DNA of 64,000 nucleotides. It comes from Candidatus Woesearchaeota archaeon (GTDB taxonomy: Archaea > Nanobdellota > Nanobdellia > SCGC-AAA011-G17 > GW2011-AR17). Both the position numbers and the translations under genes were made by a program. This document shows, piece after piece, positions 19,574-30,330 of the stretch (the first letter of the stretch is position 1; the number at the start of each line of letters is the position of its first letter). The DNA lies in contig CAYPLB010000003.1 in assembly GCA_964411565.1 (NCBI GenBank), forward strand, positions 29,953 to 93,952, given 5' to 3'. A model generated the notes under the pieces. The model saw only the letters and a list, made by a program, of their open reading frames with translations. It did no database searches and was not told where the DNA came from.

Positions 19574-21751
19574 TTATAGTTTTTTAAATTTTAGTAATAA
19601 AGAGTTAGTTACAACACTAACACTACTTAGTGCCATAGCACCACCAGCAATTATTGGAGAAAGTAACCAACCTGTGTAAGGATATAAAACACCAGCAGCA
19701 ATTGGAATTCCTAATACATTGTAAAACAAGGCCCAGAATAAATTTCCTTTAATTTTAGACATTGTTAACTTACTAAGTTTGATTGCTTTTGCAACATCAA
19801 CAGGATTGTCTCTCATCAAAACTATGTTTCCAGTTTCCATTGCTACATCAGTTCCAGAACCCATAGCAATTCCAATCTCAGCCTGAGCTAATGCAGGTGC
19901 ATCATTTATACCATCACCAACCATTGCAACTTTTCCTTTTCTTTGTAACTTCTTTACATAATTTGCTTTATCTTTTGGTAAAACTTCTGCGAAAACATGT
20001 TTAATTCCAACACTTTTTGCAATAGCTTTTGCAGTTCTTTTGTTATCTCCTGTAATTAAGTATACTTTAATTCCCATTTTCTTTAATTTGTAAACAGCCT
20101 TACCAGAAGATTCTCTAAGATTGTCAGCTACTGCAATGATTCCAAGTAAAGTTTTTCCAGAACCTAAGAACATTACTGTTTTTCCTTCTTCCTCTAAAGT
20201 ATTAATTTTTTCTAAATGTTTTTTTAAATTTACTTTATTATCCTTCATTAACTTAGTATTACCAAAGAAATAATCTTTTTTTCCGATTTTAGCTTTGATT
20301 CCATGACCAGGTAAAGCTTTGAAATTTGTAGATTTAGGAATTGTAATTTTTTCTTTCTTTGCATAATTGATTATAGCTTCAGCTAAAGGATGTTCAGATT
20401 GTTTTTCTAAAGCTGCAATAATTTTTAAGATGTTTTTATTCTTTCCTGTAATAATTAAATCAGTTAGTTCAGGTTTACCTTTTGTAATTGTACCTGTTTT
20501 ATCAAAAATAACATACTTAATTTTATGAGCTGTTTCTAAAGCTTCTCCACCTTTGATTAAAATACCTTTATTTGCACCTTTACCAGTACCTACCATGATT
20601 GCAGTCGGTGTTGCTAAACCTAATGCACAAGGACAAGCAATTACTAATACAGCTACAGAAGCAATTAATGCAAATGAGATTCCTGCACCAAAAGTTACCC
20701 AAGAAATAAATGTTATCAAAGCAATAGCAATTACAGTAGGTACAAAATAAGCAGAAACTAAATCTGCAAATCTTTGAATTGGAGCTTTTGTTTCTTGAGC
20801 TTCTTCAACTAATTTAATAATTTGTGCTAAAGTTGTATCTGCTCCAATCTTAGTAGCTTTAAACTTGAAAGACCCTAATTTGTTTATAGTTCCACCAATA
20901 ACTAAATCCTTGATATTTTTCTCGACTGGAATACTTTCTCCAGTAATCATACTTTCATCAATAGAAGAATGGCCACTGATTATTTTACCATCAACAGGAA
21001 TTTTTTCTCCAGGTTTTACAAGAATAATGTCTCCTACAATTACTTCTGAAATAGGAATTCTTATTTCTTTTTTATTTCTAATTACAATTGCAGTCTTTGG
21101 ACTTAAACCCATTAACTTTTTTATTGCATCAGAAGTTTTACCTTTAGCAATCGATTCTAACCATTTGCCCATAATAACTAAAGTAATCAAAATTGCTGAG
21201 GTTTCAAAATATTGTCCTAAAGTTGGATTAAATAAAACAGCATAAACACTAAAGAAATATGCAGCACTTGTACCAAGAGCAATTAAAGAATCCATGTTAG
21301 CAGTTTTGTTCTTTAATGCTGCCCAAGCACCTAAATAAAATCTTTTTCCAACATAAAATTGAATTGGTGTAGCTAAAGCCCATAAAATATACTCTTCATA
21401 AGGAATATGAATCTTAAGCCACATAAAAATCATTCCAATAACAAAAACAGGAATAGCAAAAATAAGACTAAGAAAAAACATTTTTTTGTAATAATTTATT
21501 TCTTTCTTTAAGAAATTTGAATGTTTGTCTTTTAATCCTTTAATTTGTGATGCATCATAACCTTTACTTTTAATAATTTCAATAATATTTTTTTCTGAAA
21601 TCTTTTTTTCATCAAAAACAATTTTAGCTTTTGATGTTGCAAAATTTACAGTAGCATCTTGCACACCTTTGGTTTTCTTTAAAGATCTATCAATTATAGT
21701 TGCACAACTAGCACAATGCATTCCACTTATTTGCAAATTTGTTTTTTTCAT
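19574..21751 (-). CDS. copA: copper-translocating P1B-type ATPase
   Basis: N-terminal HMA domain GMHCASCA, the CPC motif ([11 protein letters not shown]), DKTGTIT phosphorylation site and GDGINDAP hinge. Confidence 0.92.
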   Translation of the reverse strand: MKKTNLQISGMHCASCATIIDRSLKKTKGVQDATVNFATSKAKIVFDEKKISEKNIIEIIKSKGYDASQIKGLKDKHSNFLKKEINYYKKMFFLSLIFAIPVFVIGMIFMWLKIHIPYEEYILWALATPIQFYVGKRFYLGAWAALKNKTANMDSLIALGTSAAYFFSVYAVLFNPTLGQYFETSAILITLVIMGKWLESIAKGKTSDAIKKLMGLSPKTAIVIRNKKEIRIPISEVIVGDIILVKPGEKIPVDGKIISGHSSIDESMITGESIPVEKNIKDLVIGGTINKLGSFKFKATKIGADTTLAQIIKLVEEAQETKAPIQRFADLVSAYFVPTVIAIALITFISWVTFGAGISFALIASVAVLVIACPCALGLATPTAIMVGTGKGANKGILIKGGEALETAHKIKYVIFDKTGTITKGKPELTDLIITGKNKNILKIIAALEKQSEHPLAEAIINYAKKEKITIPKSTNFKALPGHGIKAKIGKKDYFFGNTKLMKDNKVNLKKHLEKINTLEEEGKTVMFLGSGKTLLGIIAVADNLRESSGKAVYKLKKMGIKVYLITGDNKRTAKAIAKSVGIKHVFAEVLPKDKANYVKKLQRKGKVAMVGDGINDAPALAQAEIGIAMGSGTDVAMETGNIVLMRDNPVDVAKAIKLSKLTMSKIKGNLFWALFYNVLGIPIAAGVLYPYTGWLLSPIIAGGAMALSSVSVVTNSLLLKFKKL

Positions 21752-21799
21752 TTCTTAGTCTTCCTTAATATGTTAAAACATATAAGCCTTACTCTAAGA

Positions 21800-23248
21800 T
21801 TATCCTCCACAACCACAACCTCCACCACAACCTCCGCCGCAGCCTCCGCCACTTCCACAAGAACTACCTGTAGGAATAGCTGCAACTTCATTTATAGATT
21901 CTTCAAGGTCTTCACTAGAATAATCACTAAGATCATCAACTACAATAAATGAACCAGGAATCATACCCATCCAACAACTCCAAGAAATTATACCTTCTTC
22001 TGTTGCAGTAAATTCAATTGTTTGTTCACCATATTCAATATCAAAATATAAATCTAAACTTGGAACTTGTATAGCATTGTTACAACCAGTTATTTCTTCA
22101 GCATTAATTATCCAACGAACAGGAACATCTTTTTCAATAACAAATAAATCTGTTTGCCAACCATATCTGTCAACAGTCATATAAATCTCTTGATAACCAC
22201 TCTTCATAACAGCTAAACTATCTGAATCTACTGAATCAACATTGGAAGCTGTAACTTGTCCTATAATAGAATTAAAATCATAACCTGTTCCAGTTAAGGC
22301 TAATGCATTGTTAACCATTAATAATCCTAAGATTATTACAATTGCACCTGATGCTTTTAAAATTTTGTGAGTCATTTTGCTGGAAACTAAACTTGCAAAA
22401 AAACCAAAGCCAAGCATAACAGGTAATGTACCTAAGGCAAAAACAAAAAGGAGGGTTGCACCTTCAATAACACTACCAGTTCCTGCTGCCATAATATAGA
22501 TTGCTTGCAAAGGGCCGCAAGCAATCATAAGTCCATTCAGTAGGCCAATTATCAAAGGACTAGAACTTCTGTTTTTCCCTACAAACTTGTTAAGGAAACT
22601 TGGAGTTTTGAATGTTAATTTTCTTAATATTGGAAATATGTTTAACATTTTTAATCCAAAAATTACTAAGAATAAACCAGCAATTAATCCAGCAATTCCT
22701 CTCATCATTGGAGTGAATGCAATAATTGAACCAATTAAACCAAAAAAAGCACCAATTAAAGTGTAGGAAACAGTCTTACCTAAACCATACATAAAATGAG
22801 ATTTGTAAGATTTTCTTCCAGCTTCAGCATCTTTTGCTGTGTATGAAACAACAAAACCACCACACATACTTATACAATGAAAACCAGTTAGTAAACCAAC
22901 AACAAATAATAAACCATAACTCATACTAGAACTTATTTCAGGTAATTGAATAGCATTTGTCAAATTAATTAGGAAATATAAGGCAATAAATATTCCAACA
23001 ATAGCAAATGCCCAAGCCCAATATTTTCTTTTTGAATTGTTTTGATCACAAGAATAACCTTTTTCAGAAATTTTTGATTTAATATTTTTTAAAGAAATCA
23101 AATCAGGATCAAAAGTTACTTCTGCTTTTGAAGTTGTATAATTTATTTTAAAGTTTTGAATTCCATCTAAGTCTAAAACTTGTTTTTTAATTATCTTTTC
23201 ACAAGATTCACAAGTCATACCATCTACTTTAAAATTTTCTTTTTTCAT
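21800..23248 (-). CDS. HMA-domain membrane protein with C-terminal cupredoxin-like domain and Cys/Gly-rich tail (putative metal transport/binding)
   Basis: N-terminal HMA (GMTCESCEKI), about 8 TM helices including an HC...MCGG segment, a C-terminal soluble beta-domain (SWSCWMGMIPGSF), and a terminal GSSCGSGGGCGGGCGGGCGCGG encoded by a GC-rich island. Confidence 0.5.
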   Translation of the reverse strand: MKKENFKVDGMTCESCEKIIKKQVLDLDGIQNFKINYTTSKAEVTFDPDLISLKNIKSKISEKGYSCDQNNSKRKYWAWAFAIVGIFIALYFLINLTNAIQLPEISSSMSYGLLFVVGLLTGFHCISMCGGFVVSYTAKDAEAGRKSYKSHFMYGLGKTVSYTLIGAFFGLIGSIIAFTPMMRGIAGLIAGLFLVIFGLKMLNIFPILRKLTFKTPSFLNKFVGKNRSSSPLIIGLLNGLMIACGPLQAIYIMAAGTGSVIEGATLLFVFALGTLPVMLGFGFFASLVSSKMTHKILKASGAIVIILGLLMVNNALALTGTGYDFNSIIGQVTASNVDSVDSDSLAVMKSGYQEIYMTVDRYGWQTDLFVIEKDVPVRWIINAEEITGCNNAIQVPSLDLYFDIEYGEQTIEFTATEEGIISWSCWMGMIPGSFIVVDDLSDYSSEDLEESINEVAAIPTGSSCGSGGGCGGGCGGGCGCGG

Positions 23249-23442
23249 TCTAACTTATAACCTTCCTTTTCTATTGTTTTTTTTATAGTCTCAAGAGAAG
23301 TTTTATTTTCATCAAAAGTTATTGTAATAATATCTTTTTCAAAAGAAATATCTTTAACCCTTAAATCTTCTAATGAGTCTCTAATTAGCATCTCACAACT
23401 TTTACAATGCATACCTGTAATTTTGAATTTTTCTGTTTTCAT
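23245..23442 (-). CDS. copZ: copper chaperone (HMA domain)
   Basis: MKTEKFKITGMHCKSCEMLI; 65 aa; 4-nt overlap with the upstream gene. Confidence 0.8.
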   Translation of the reverse strand: MKTEKFKITGMHCKSCEMLIRDSLEDLRVKDISFEKDIITITFDENKTSLETIKKTIEKEGYKLE

Positions 23443-23541
23443 GAAGAAAATATTGTTGTACTCATTTTAATACCATTCCCAATAAAAATTCAGTTGTTTA
23501 TCGTTTATATCTTTAGAATTCTTAAGAGTTATCGTTTATAT

Positions 23542-24072
23542 CTAAAATTTCTTCTTCAAGAAAATTTCTTTAGTTTTACCTGATTCTTTCCTATAAATGA
23601 TATCTCTTTCTTCAAGTTTTTTTAATACTAAGGATAAAAGAGTTTTTGAGATTCCTGTTTTGTACCTCAAAGTAGACTGTTTGATACCTTCTTTATCATA
23701 AACTGTTTTCAGAATTTTTTGTTCTTGATCATTAAAACCAGAAATAAATGCTTTAAATTCATCTTTTTCTTTTGCTGTTTTTAATGCAGATGAAACTTCT
23801 TTGTGTTGTGCAACTAACATTTGTTGAGTTTTATCAAAGTAAATAAGATAAATCCCAAGTATTAAAATTGCTAAAGTTATAATTCCTCCAAGATATAATA
23901 ATGTGAAATTTCTATCCTCATGTAAACAAGTACCATCATCTAAGTAACATGAACCTTGCTCGTCGATAATTGTTGAAATATATTGATCTTGTTGTGCTTT
24001 AAAAAAGAAGAGAAATACTAATAATAATACTGCCATAATAATTAAAATTAGACCAATTTGCTTCTGATTCAT
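23542..24072 (-). CDS. membrane-anchored winged-helix transcriptional regulator (candidate metal-responsive regulator)
   Basis: Two TM helices flank a short Cys-containing loop (QGSCYLDDGTCLHED). C-terminal wHTH (...GISKTLLSLVLKKLEERDIIYRKESGK). First gene of the cop cluster on this strand. Confidence 0.5.
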   Translation of the reverse strand: MNQKQIGLILIIMAVLLLVFLFFFKAQQDQYISTIIDEQGSCYLDDGTCLHEDRNFTLLYLGGIITLAILILGIYLIYFDKTQQMLVAQHKEVSSALKTAKEKDEFKAFISGFNDQEQKILKTVYDKEGIKQSTLRYKTGISKTLLSLVLKKLEERDIIYRKESGKTKEIFLKKKF

Positions 24073-24103
24073 GAGATGAAAAATATATTTGTAGTATATA
24101 TAG

Positions 24104-27100
24104 TTACTGATTTTTCAATTCTTCTTTCAACCAAGCTTCCCATCTTTCTTTTATCAACTTAGTATCTTGAGTTCCCACTTCTTGTTTAACTTCATCAGAA
24201 ATCCTATAGAATTTTTCATTTGATTTTAAGGAAAATTGAGCTTCTAAAATATCTTTATTATTTATTTTTTTAGAATAATCTACTAATAAAGATTTAATCT
24301 CTGCTCTTAGTTTTATGTTGTCCCAAATAGCATCCCAATTACCAACCCATTCTTTTACACTACCACCTATTGCCTTCAATACTTCTGAATCACCATTTAT
24401 TAAATCAGGAGTAGGTTCTAATAAATCAGTTTTCGCATTGTATTTCATTAAGTCTACAAAACCACCTTCTTGTAAAGGATCGTCTTCCCAAGTTTTTCTA
24501 ACCTCAGTAATAGAAGTTACTCTTCTCATTTTACTTAAACCTGAAGCAGATTGAATAGGAGAACACATAACAATAATATCAGTAGCTTTGAAGGAAGTTT
24601 TAGGAACACCTAAATCATTTACAACTCTGTCATAAATACCATAAGGAGAATCACCGTGAATAGTTCCTGCAACTACATTAGCAGAAGCACCAATTCTCAT
24701 TGCTTCATAAAGTGCAACAGCTTCGGTACTTCTCACTTCTCCTACAATCAATGCAGAATCTCCTAATCTTAAAGAAGTTCTAATTCCTTCATCAGCTGGA
24801 ACCTCAGTACCACCTTTAACTAAAGCTGATCTAACTTTTAATGGTTGAACATTGTAACCAAGTTCTCTCATTGACTCTGTTGGGAGTTCTAAAGTGTTAT
24901 GAGCAACAATATTATTACAAACAAAACTTTCATTACTTGGAACTGAGAGATCATAAACAAATTGTTCTTCATTTTTAAGTTTTTTAATTTCAACTATTTT
25001 ATCCCAAAAAATATTTGATTCAGATAAAGATTTTAATTTGGAAAGAATGATTAAATCTGAAGAAAATAATTGAGTCATAAAACCTAATTTAGTTCTTCCA
25101 ATGTTTGAATTTGAATTTATATAATCTCTTGAATTGAAATTTTTATTTAAAACTTTTAATTTTTTCTTAAATTCTAAAGATAAAGGAATTATATCAGAAC
25201 TATCATGTGTAGAAGTTTTTAAACATAAATTTCTTAGATTATCTTTTTTATATTCTTGTAATAAATCTATGTGTTCTTTAAATAAATTAAAATCTCTAAT
25301 AGTAGATATAGCTCCAGGATAAGAATTAGAATTTTTACTAATCTTCCTTATTCTAAAAATTATTCCAAATTGAAGAAGAAGTGTCTGTATATCCTCCATT
25401 AATTTTCTAGAATTAAGACTAATTACAATTTCTTTATTACTAACACAACCATCACCAGAAAATAAACCACATAAAATACATGCAATTTGAGCTTTTGATA
25501 GATTATAAATCCAACTTGGAACTCTTTTTGTAAAAGCATTCCCTTTAAATTCTAGAATCTCTCTAAATAAGAATTTTAAAGTTTTTGAATGTAATAAGGT
25601 TGAGATTCCATCTGAACTATGAATCTTTGGTTTAATTCCCCATTTTTTAGCAAATCTCTTAATTACATTTCTTTCTTCATTTGTACTAACTGAAAAAATT
25701 ATACTATTCTTATCATAACAACCATCAGCAAGCCAAAGACCTATTAGAGTTAGAAAATCCTTGTCCAGTTTTATTTTTATAGGCATCCAAAAAGAATTAT
25801 GACCACATTTCCACTCAATTCCTTTTAAATTACTAATATTAATATTTAAAGAGTGTAAGTCAGATAAAATTTTTCCAGGAATAAGTCCTAATCTAAACCA
25901 TTTATTTCTTTGTGCTTTTTTATAACCATGTTCTTTAGCAAGTTGTTTTACTTCAAATTTATGTTTTTTTAAGAATTCCTTAATATTTTCTCCTCTAAAA
26001 TATAATTTACTCATATGAGAAGGAAATTGAGTGATGAAAAGTTTACTAATACTTAAATTATTATTAATATACTCTCTGGGTGAAGCAATGTAATCTCCTT
26101 GTTTAAGTTCTCCAGTTTTTATTTCTACAATATCTGCATCAGAACCTAAAGTAAATAATGAATGATCTCCAGTTACTTTTATAATTCTACCAGTTGAAGT
26201 TCTAACTTCAAAAATATCTTTCTTAACTTTATGACGAATAAATTTACTTACTTTAGAAAAATTTATTTTTCCATCTTTAGTCATAGATAAAACTTCAATA
26301 TTTAAAGGATTGCCGCAAATTTCATGTTCAGATAAATTATACCAAGCCTGATAGTTTTCAATTTGTTCATTAACAAGATCTCCAATTCTTCTTCTTTTTA
26401 TTAAACCATTCTGTTTGATTAACATTTCACAATCTTCAGTAACACTATCTTCAACAGTCAAAATTCGGTATTTCCTCATAATTTCTAATAAAGTAGAACC
26501 AAGGAAAGATGTTTTTCCAGAAGATCTTGTTCCTGCTACTAAATGTGTTCTTGAACCATGAATTGTAAAACTTAAAAGACCAGCACCTAAAGGTGAAATC
26601 ATTTTATTTTCAATGAACAAAGGTAAAGTCCAAGGTTTATCTCTGTGTCTTCTAAAAGACATACCATAACCATAAGGATTTAATGGTTTTCCAATAATTG
26701 AAAGTCTTGATCTTGCTTTAGGTAAAACTACTTCTGTATCCAAAATAGGGTTTGCTTCGTCTAAAGGTCTTCCAGAAAGTAATCTTAACTTTGTTGCCCA
26801 ACTTTCAAAATCATTTTTTGTGGGTGTAATATTTGTTGTACATTCATTGTGATCATTGTGTAAAAGGAAAATTGGAACTTGACCCATTGGAGAGTTAATA
26901 GTTAAATCTTGAACATTTGGATCTTCTAATAATAATTCAATAACACCAAATCCAATTGTATGTCTTACTAGAATTTCAGTTAAATTTTCTATTTCTTCAG
27001 GAGAAAGCAACATCCCTTTTTGTTCTGCAAGCTCTTGGATCATACCTTTACCTATGTTTGTAAAAGTTTTTCTCATTTTATGAGGATCTAAAAATTCTTC

Positions 27101-27931
27101 ATCTCTTGGTTGATGTTCAGCTAAAACTTTTCTTGCTAATTCTAAAATCTCATATTTATCCTCAGAAATTTTAAATTCAGGAGGATTAATTTGATAAAAC
27201 TTTTTTATGTCATCCTTTAAATCAAAAACAGTTACATCTGTATTAGGATTAATTTTGTAAATAGAAAGTTGTTTTCCATCTAAAGGAGGAGAAGTTATTA
27301 ATTTTGTATACATAAAATCTGGAGTAATAGAAGGTTTGAAAAATAACTTGTAAACTTCCCTGTTTCCAAAAGTATAACCTGGAAGAAATTCTCTTGCTAA
27401 ATTAATTAATTGAGTTTTATCAAACTGTTCAAAAATTTGATTTAATAAATCTAAGTAAACTTGTAAGGATTTTTTTTGATTTATATCTGTATATGATTTT
27501 AAAATAATATTATTTTTTCTAATTAATCTTTTTAATTCAACATAAGCACCAAGAGGATCACTTTTTAGTAAACTGAAAAATATGTACCTTAATGGATCAA
27601 ACCTTTGTCCTAAAACTTGAGGAGAATCTGAAGGTAAACCAAAATTTTGCAAACTTGTAGCCTTTTTACTTCTTACAAAATAATTGTATATGTTTGCAAT
27701 TTCAATTAATAATTGAGTTTCTTCGTAACTATAATTATAATTTCTTCTTTGTGAAAATATTAAACGAGATATAGAAGGATTTTCAGCAAGTTTTTCAATA
27801 GCATCCAACATAACTAAATGATTCTCTTCAATGGAAGGAATATAAGATACAGCTTCATAATTAATTTTGAGAATCTCATCTTCTCCCTCTTTTAAGATTT
27901 CAGTATTCTTAGCTACTTGTGTATAAACCAT
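24104..27931 (-). CDS. FlaI/VirB11/GspE-family secretion ATPase (type IV pilus/archaellum-type) containing a LAGLIDADG intein
   Basis: Walker A GTRSSGKTSF, Asp box ILTVEDSVTED, then after the intein Walker B/His box SALIVGEVRSTEA...AGTIHGDSP. The N-terminal 500 aa match the FlaI N-domain size. Confidence 0.85.
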   Translation of the reverse strand: MVYTQVAKNTEILKEGEDEILKINYEAVSYIPSIEENHLVMLDAIEKLAENPSISRLIFSQRRNYNYSYEETQLLIEIANIYNYFVRSKKATSLQNFGLPSDSPQVLGQRFDPLRYIFFSLLKSDPLGAYVELKRLIRKNNIILKSYTDINQKKSLQVYLDLLNQIFEQFDKTQLINLAREFLPGYTFGNREVYKLFFKPSITPDFMYTKLITSPPLDGKQLSIYKINPNTDVTVFDLKDDIKKFYQINPPEFKISEDKYEILELARKVLAEHQPRDEEFLDPHKMRKTFTNIGKGMIQELAEQKGMLLSPEEIENLTEILVRHTIGFGVIELLLEDPNVQDLTINSPMGQVPIFLLHNDHNECTTNITPTKNDFESWATKLRLLSGRPLDEANPILDTEVVLPKARSRLSIIGKPLNPYGYGMSFRRHRDKPWTLPLFIENKMISPLGAGLLSFTIHGSRTHLVAGTRSSGKTSFLGSTLLEIMRKYRILTVEDSVTEDCEMLIKQNGLIKRRRIGDLVNEQIENYQAWYNLSEHEICGNPLNIEVLSMTKDGKINFSKVSKFIRHKVKKDIFEVRTSTGRIIKVTGDHSLFTLGSDADIVEIKTGELKQGDYIASPREYINNNLSISKLFITQFPSHMSKLYFRGENIKEFLKKHKFEVKQLAKEHGYKKAQRNKWFRLGLIPGKILSDLHSLNINISNLKGIEWKCGHNSFWMPIKIKLDKDFLTLIGLWLADGCYDKNSIIFSVSTNEERNVIKRFAKKWGIKPKIHSSDGISTLLHSKTLKFLFREILEFKGNAFTKRVPSWIYNLSKAQIACILCGLFSGDGCVSNKEIVISLNSRKLMEDIQTLLLQFGIIFRIRKISKNSNSYPGAISTIRDFNLFKEHIDLLQEYKKDNLRNLCLKTSTHDSSDIIPLSLEFKKKLKVLNKNFNSRDYINSNSNIGRTKLGFMTQLFSSDLIILSKLKSLSESNIFWDKIVEIKKLKNEEQFVYDLSVPSNESFVCNNIVAHNTLELPTESMRELGYNVQPLKVRSALVKGGTEVPADEGIRTSLRLGDSALIVGEVRSTEAVALYEAMRIGASANVVAGTIHGDSPYGIYDRVVNDLGVPKTSFKATDIIVMCSPIQSASGLSKMRRVTSITEVRKTWEDDPLQEGGFVDLMKYNAKTDLLEPTPDLINGDSEVLKAIGGSVKEWVGNWDAIWDNIKLRAEIKSLLVDYSKKINNKDILEAQFSLKSNEKFYRISDEVKQEVGTQDTKLIKERWEAWLKEELKNQ
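24896..26431 (-). mobile_element. 512-aa intein with LAGLIDADG homing endonuclease domain inside the secretion ATPase
   Basis: Starts with Cys (CEML...) straight after VEDSVTED, ends ...IVAHN followed by +1 Thr. Internal LIGLWLADGC and LCGLFSGDGC motifs. Exteins rejoin into a canonical ATPase sequence. Confidence 0.8.
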
Positions 27932-28074
27932 CTCCTTGAGAAATTTAATAGATGGAGACTTAAAATAAGTTTCTATTCTGAAAATATAGTTTATATCCTA
28001 TAAAAAGGTTTATTAATTAGTAAAGGATAAATTAAAGTTAAGAGAGGTTGATAGATTCCTCGTTGTTTTAGACT

Positions 28075-28542
28075 ATGGCACAAGAACCTGTACAAGTGGA
28101 TTTTACCCAAGCTATGAATGAATTAGCTAATAGGCTAAGAGTTTTAGAAGGTAAACATGGAACTTATGCTGAGAAATTATTAGTAATGAATCAAAATATG
28201 ATTGAAGAGTATAAAAAAACAATGAGTGAGTTTAAAGTTATTAGGCAAAGTTTAGCTGATATGACAAAAGATATCGATGCTGTGAAAAATGTTGTAAAAC
28301 ATTTAAGTGATGAAGCAGGGAAGTTTGCAAAAAATCAAGATGTGAAAGTTCTCCAAAAATATGTTGACTATTGGAACCCTATGAATTTTATGACAGAAAA
28401 AGATGTTTTAATCTTAGTAGATAAAGTTTTAGGAAAGAAAGGAATAGTCCATAAAAGAGTTGAGAAAATGGAGAAAGAAATAGAAGATAGTCTTGAAAAT
28501 AAATTTGAATTAAATACAGAGGAAGAAAAAGATGGCAAATGA
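28075..28542 (+). CDS. hypothetical coiled-coil protein
   Basis: 155 aa, predicted helical; 11-nt overlap with the next gene. Confidence 0.4.
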   Translation: MAQEPVQVDFTQAMNELANRLRVLEGKHGTYAEKLLVMNQNMIEEYKKTMSEFKVIRQSLADMTKDIDAVKNVVKHLSDEAGKFAKNQDVKVLQKYVDYWNPMNFMTEKDVLILVDKVLGKKGIVHKRVEKMEKEIEDSLENKFELNTEEEKDGK

Positions 28543-29218
28543 AATACCAATTAGTGAAGTTTTAGACCTAATTAAGAAAGGTTTAAGTAATGAAGAGATT
28601 ACTAAACAATTAGAAGCAAAAGGTTTTAATTTGCAACAAATTTCAGATGCTATTAATCAAGCTAAAATAAAAGAAGGAGTTGAAGGAAATATGCCAGAAC
28701 AAAATATGCAAGAACAACAAGCACAACAACAAAGTGCGGAGCAAGAAATTCCGTTACCACAAGGTACACCAGAAGGTCAAAATCAAGTTCAAGGAGTTAC
28801 AGAAGTGCAAGGTGGAATGCCTATGCAACAACAAGATCAATATCAACCTGCTCCACAACAAGCTTATCCACAACAAGGTCAAAGTTATGGAGATATGCAA
28901 GCACTAGTAGAACAAATTATTGAAGAGAAGTGGCAAGCAATGATGAAAGATGTAGGAGATATTAGAGTATTTAAATCCAGAGTTGGAGATGACATGGAAT
29001 CTGTAAAACAGGAACTTATGAGAACACAAAAGAGATTAGAAGATTTACAGGTTGCTGTTATGGGTAAAGTAAAGGATTATAATGATGGAGTTGTAAAAAT
29101 TGGAAGTGATATGAAAGCTCTTGAACAAGTATTTACAAAAATTATGGAACCTTTAACCTTAAATGTAAAAGAATTAGGAAGAATTACAGAAAGTTTAAAG
29201 CATAAAAAGAAAAAATAA
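28532..29218 (+). CDS. hypothetical Gln-rich coiled-coil protein
   Basis: Small N-terminal helical domain, a Q/P-rich low-complexity linker (QEQQAQQQSAEQE...QQQDQYQPAPQQAYPQQGQ), and a C-terminal coiled-coil loosely similar to the upstream ORF. Confidence 0.4.
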   Translation: MANEIPISEVLDLIKKGLSNEEITKQLEAKGFNLQQISDAINQAKIKEGVEGNMPEQNMQEQQAQQQSAEQEIPLPQGTPEGQNQVQGVTEVQGGMPMQQQDQYQPAPQQAYPQQGQSYGDMQALVEQIIEEKWQAMMKDVGDIRVFKSRVGDDMESVKQELMRTQKRLEDLQVAVMGKVKDYNDGVVKIGSDMKALEQVFTKIMEPLTLNVKELGRITESLKHKKKK

Positions 29219-29233
29219 TTTATTTTTTTTATA

Positions 29234-29773
29234 TTAACTCGTGTTGGCCGATATAAATCTAACTCCAAAACCAGCAATAACAATTAATAATAGAAAACCT
29301 AATATCTTAGGAGTAAAAATAATTTGACCAATATTCTGAACTAAGTCACCATCTTCAGTTACTTCACCAGTTGCAGTTATGTCATGTATTTGTTCTCCAT
29401 ATACTTGAGTAAATGCATAACCAAAAATCCCAAGACTTATAATTAAAATTGTCCAAAATACTACAATGTTTGAACCAAATACTCCCGAGACTATGTCAGG
29501 GTTTACTCCCATAAATAAGAAAGTTAATACTAAAAATAATAGGAAAATAAAAAGTACAATAAACCAAGGTAAAGATAAAGTAATTACTTCAGAGATTCCT
29601 GGCACAATAATAAATAAAGCTGCTAAACAAAATGAAATTAATAAGTTAACCCAAGGTTGTCCTGAAAAAAAACCTGTCTTCTCAAGTAATGCCCAAAGTA
29701 CAACCATTACAAAAAGAAATACAATTATAGGAATAAAATATTCAATTAAGCCTAAGTCAAGTACACTAGCCAT
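29234..29773 (-). CDS. 4-TM membrane protein, paralog 3 of a tandem triplet
   Basis: Shares N-terminal architecture with the two upstream genes; start/stop overlaps. Confidence 0.45.
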   Translation of the reverse strand: MASVLDLGLIEYFIPIIVFLFVMVVLWALLEKTGFFSGQPWVNLLISFCLAALFIIVPGISEVITLSLPWFIVLFIFLLFLVLTFLFMGVNPDIVSGVFGSNIVVFWTILIISLGIFGYAFTQVYGEQIHDITATGEVTEDGDLVQNIGQIIFTPKILGFLLLIVIAGFGVRFISANTS

Positions 29774-30330
29774 TATTTCTTTCCTCCTAATTGTTTGGAT
29801 AAACTACCTAGACCCTTAAATAAATCTGCAATGCCTTTGTCAGTTTTACCTGGTTCACTTGTAATAAAGAATAGGAATAAGAAAAATAAACCTATACCAA
29901 TTATAAGGTACCAATCAGATTGTGAAAATTGTAACCAAGATGGAACACTTAAAGATGCTGAAGCAAATAAAGCCCAAGCTACTGCACCTAAAGTTAGTAA
30001 AACACCTAAACCTAAAGGAACTCCTGTCCAACCATCTGAAGGACCTAATAAAATTCCAATTAATAATAAAATTACTACAAAAACTAATGCAACTAATGAA
30101 ATTTGAGGTAAGAATTGGTTCATAATTTCAACAATTGATACTTGTCTAACAACAAGAAGAGCCATTGCTAAAGCAATAACTGCATTGAAATTTTTACTGT
30201 TCTCACCAAAGATTTTTATTTTTTGTAAAATTGCAAAAATTAATGTGAAAACTAAAATAAAAGGTAAAGCTACATCATAGAAACCTAAATTTTCAAGATT
30301 ATTAATAAAATCTGTTAATTCAGATGCCAT
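29773..30330 (-). CDS. 4-TM membrane protein, paralog 2 of a tandem triplet
   Basis: MASELTDFINNLENLGFYDVALPFILVFTLIFAILQKIKIFG, clearly paralogous to 30330..30893. Confidence 0.5.
   Translation of the reverse strand: MASELTDFINNLENLGFYDVALPFILVFTLIFAILQKIKIFGENSKNFNAVIALAMALLVVRQVSIVEIMNQFLPQISLVALVFVVILLLIGILLGPSDGWTGVPLGLGVLLTLGAVAWALFASASLSVPSWLQFSQSDWYLIIGIGLFFLFLFFITSEPGKTDKGIADLFKGLGSLSKQLGGKK

Noticed and set aside
20553-21952. ORFs 20553..20750, 20865..21245 and 21716..21952 on the plus strand
   Set aside because: Antisense to copA and to the HMA-membrane gene; no features of real proteins.
24315-25322. ORFs 24315..24554 and 25134..25322 (+)
   Set aside because: Antisense to the FlaI-like ATPase/intein gene.
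28680-30125. ORFs 28680..28907, 29077..29283, 29466..29819, 29795..30106 and 29922..30125
   Set aside because: Alternative-frame or antisense ORFs inside the Gln-rich gene and the membrane-paralog genes; K/N-rich artefacts.
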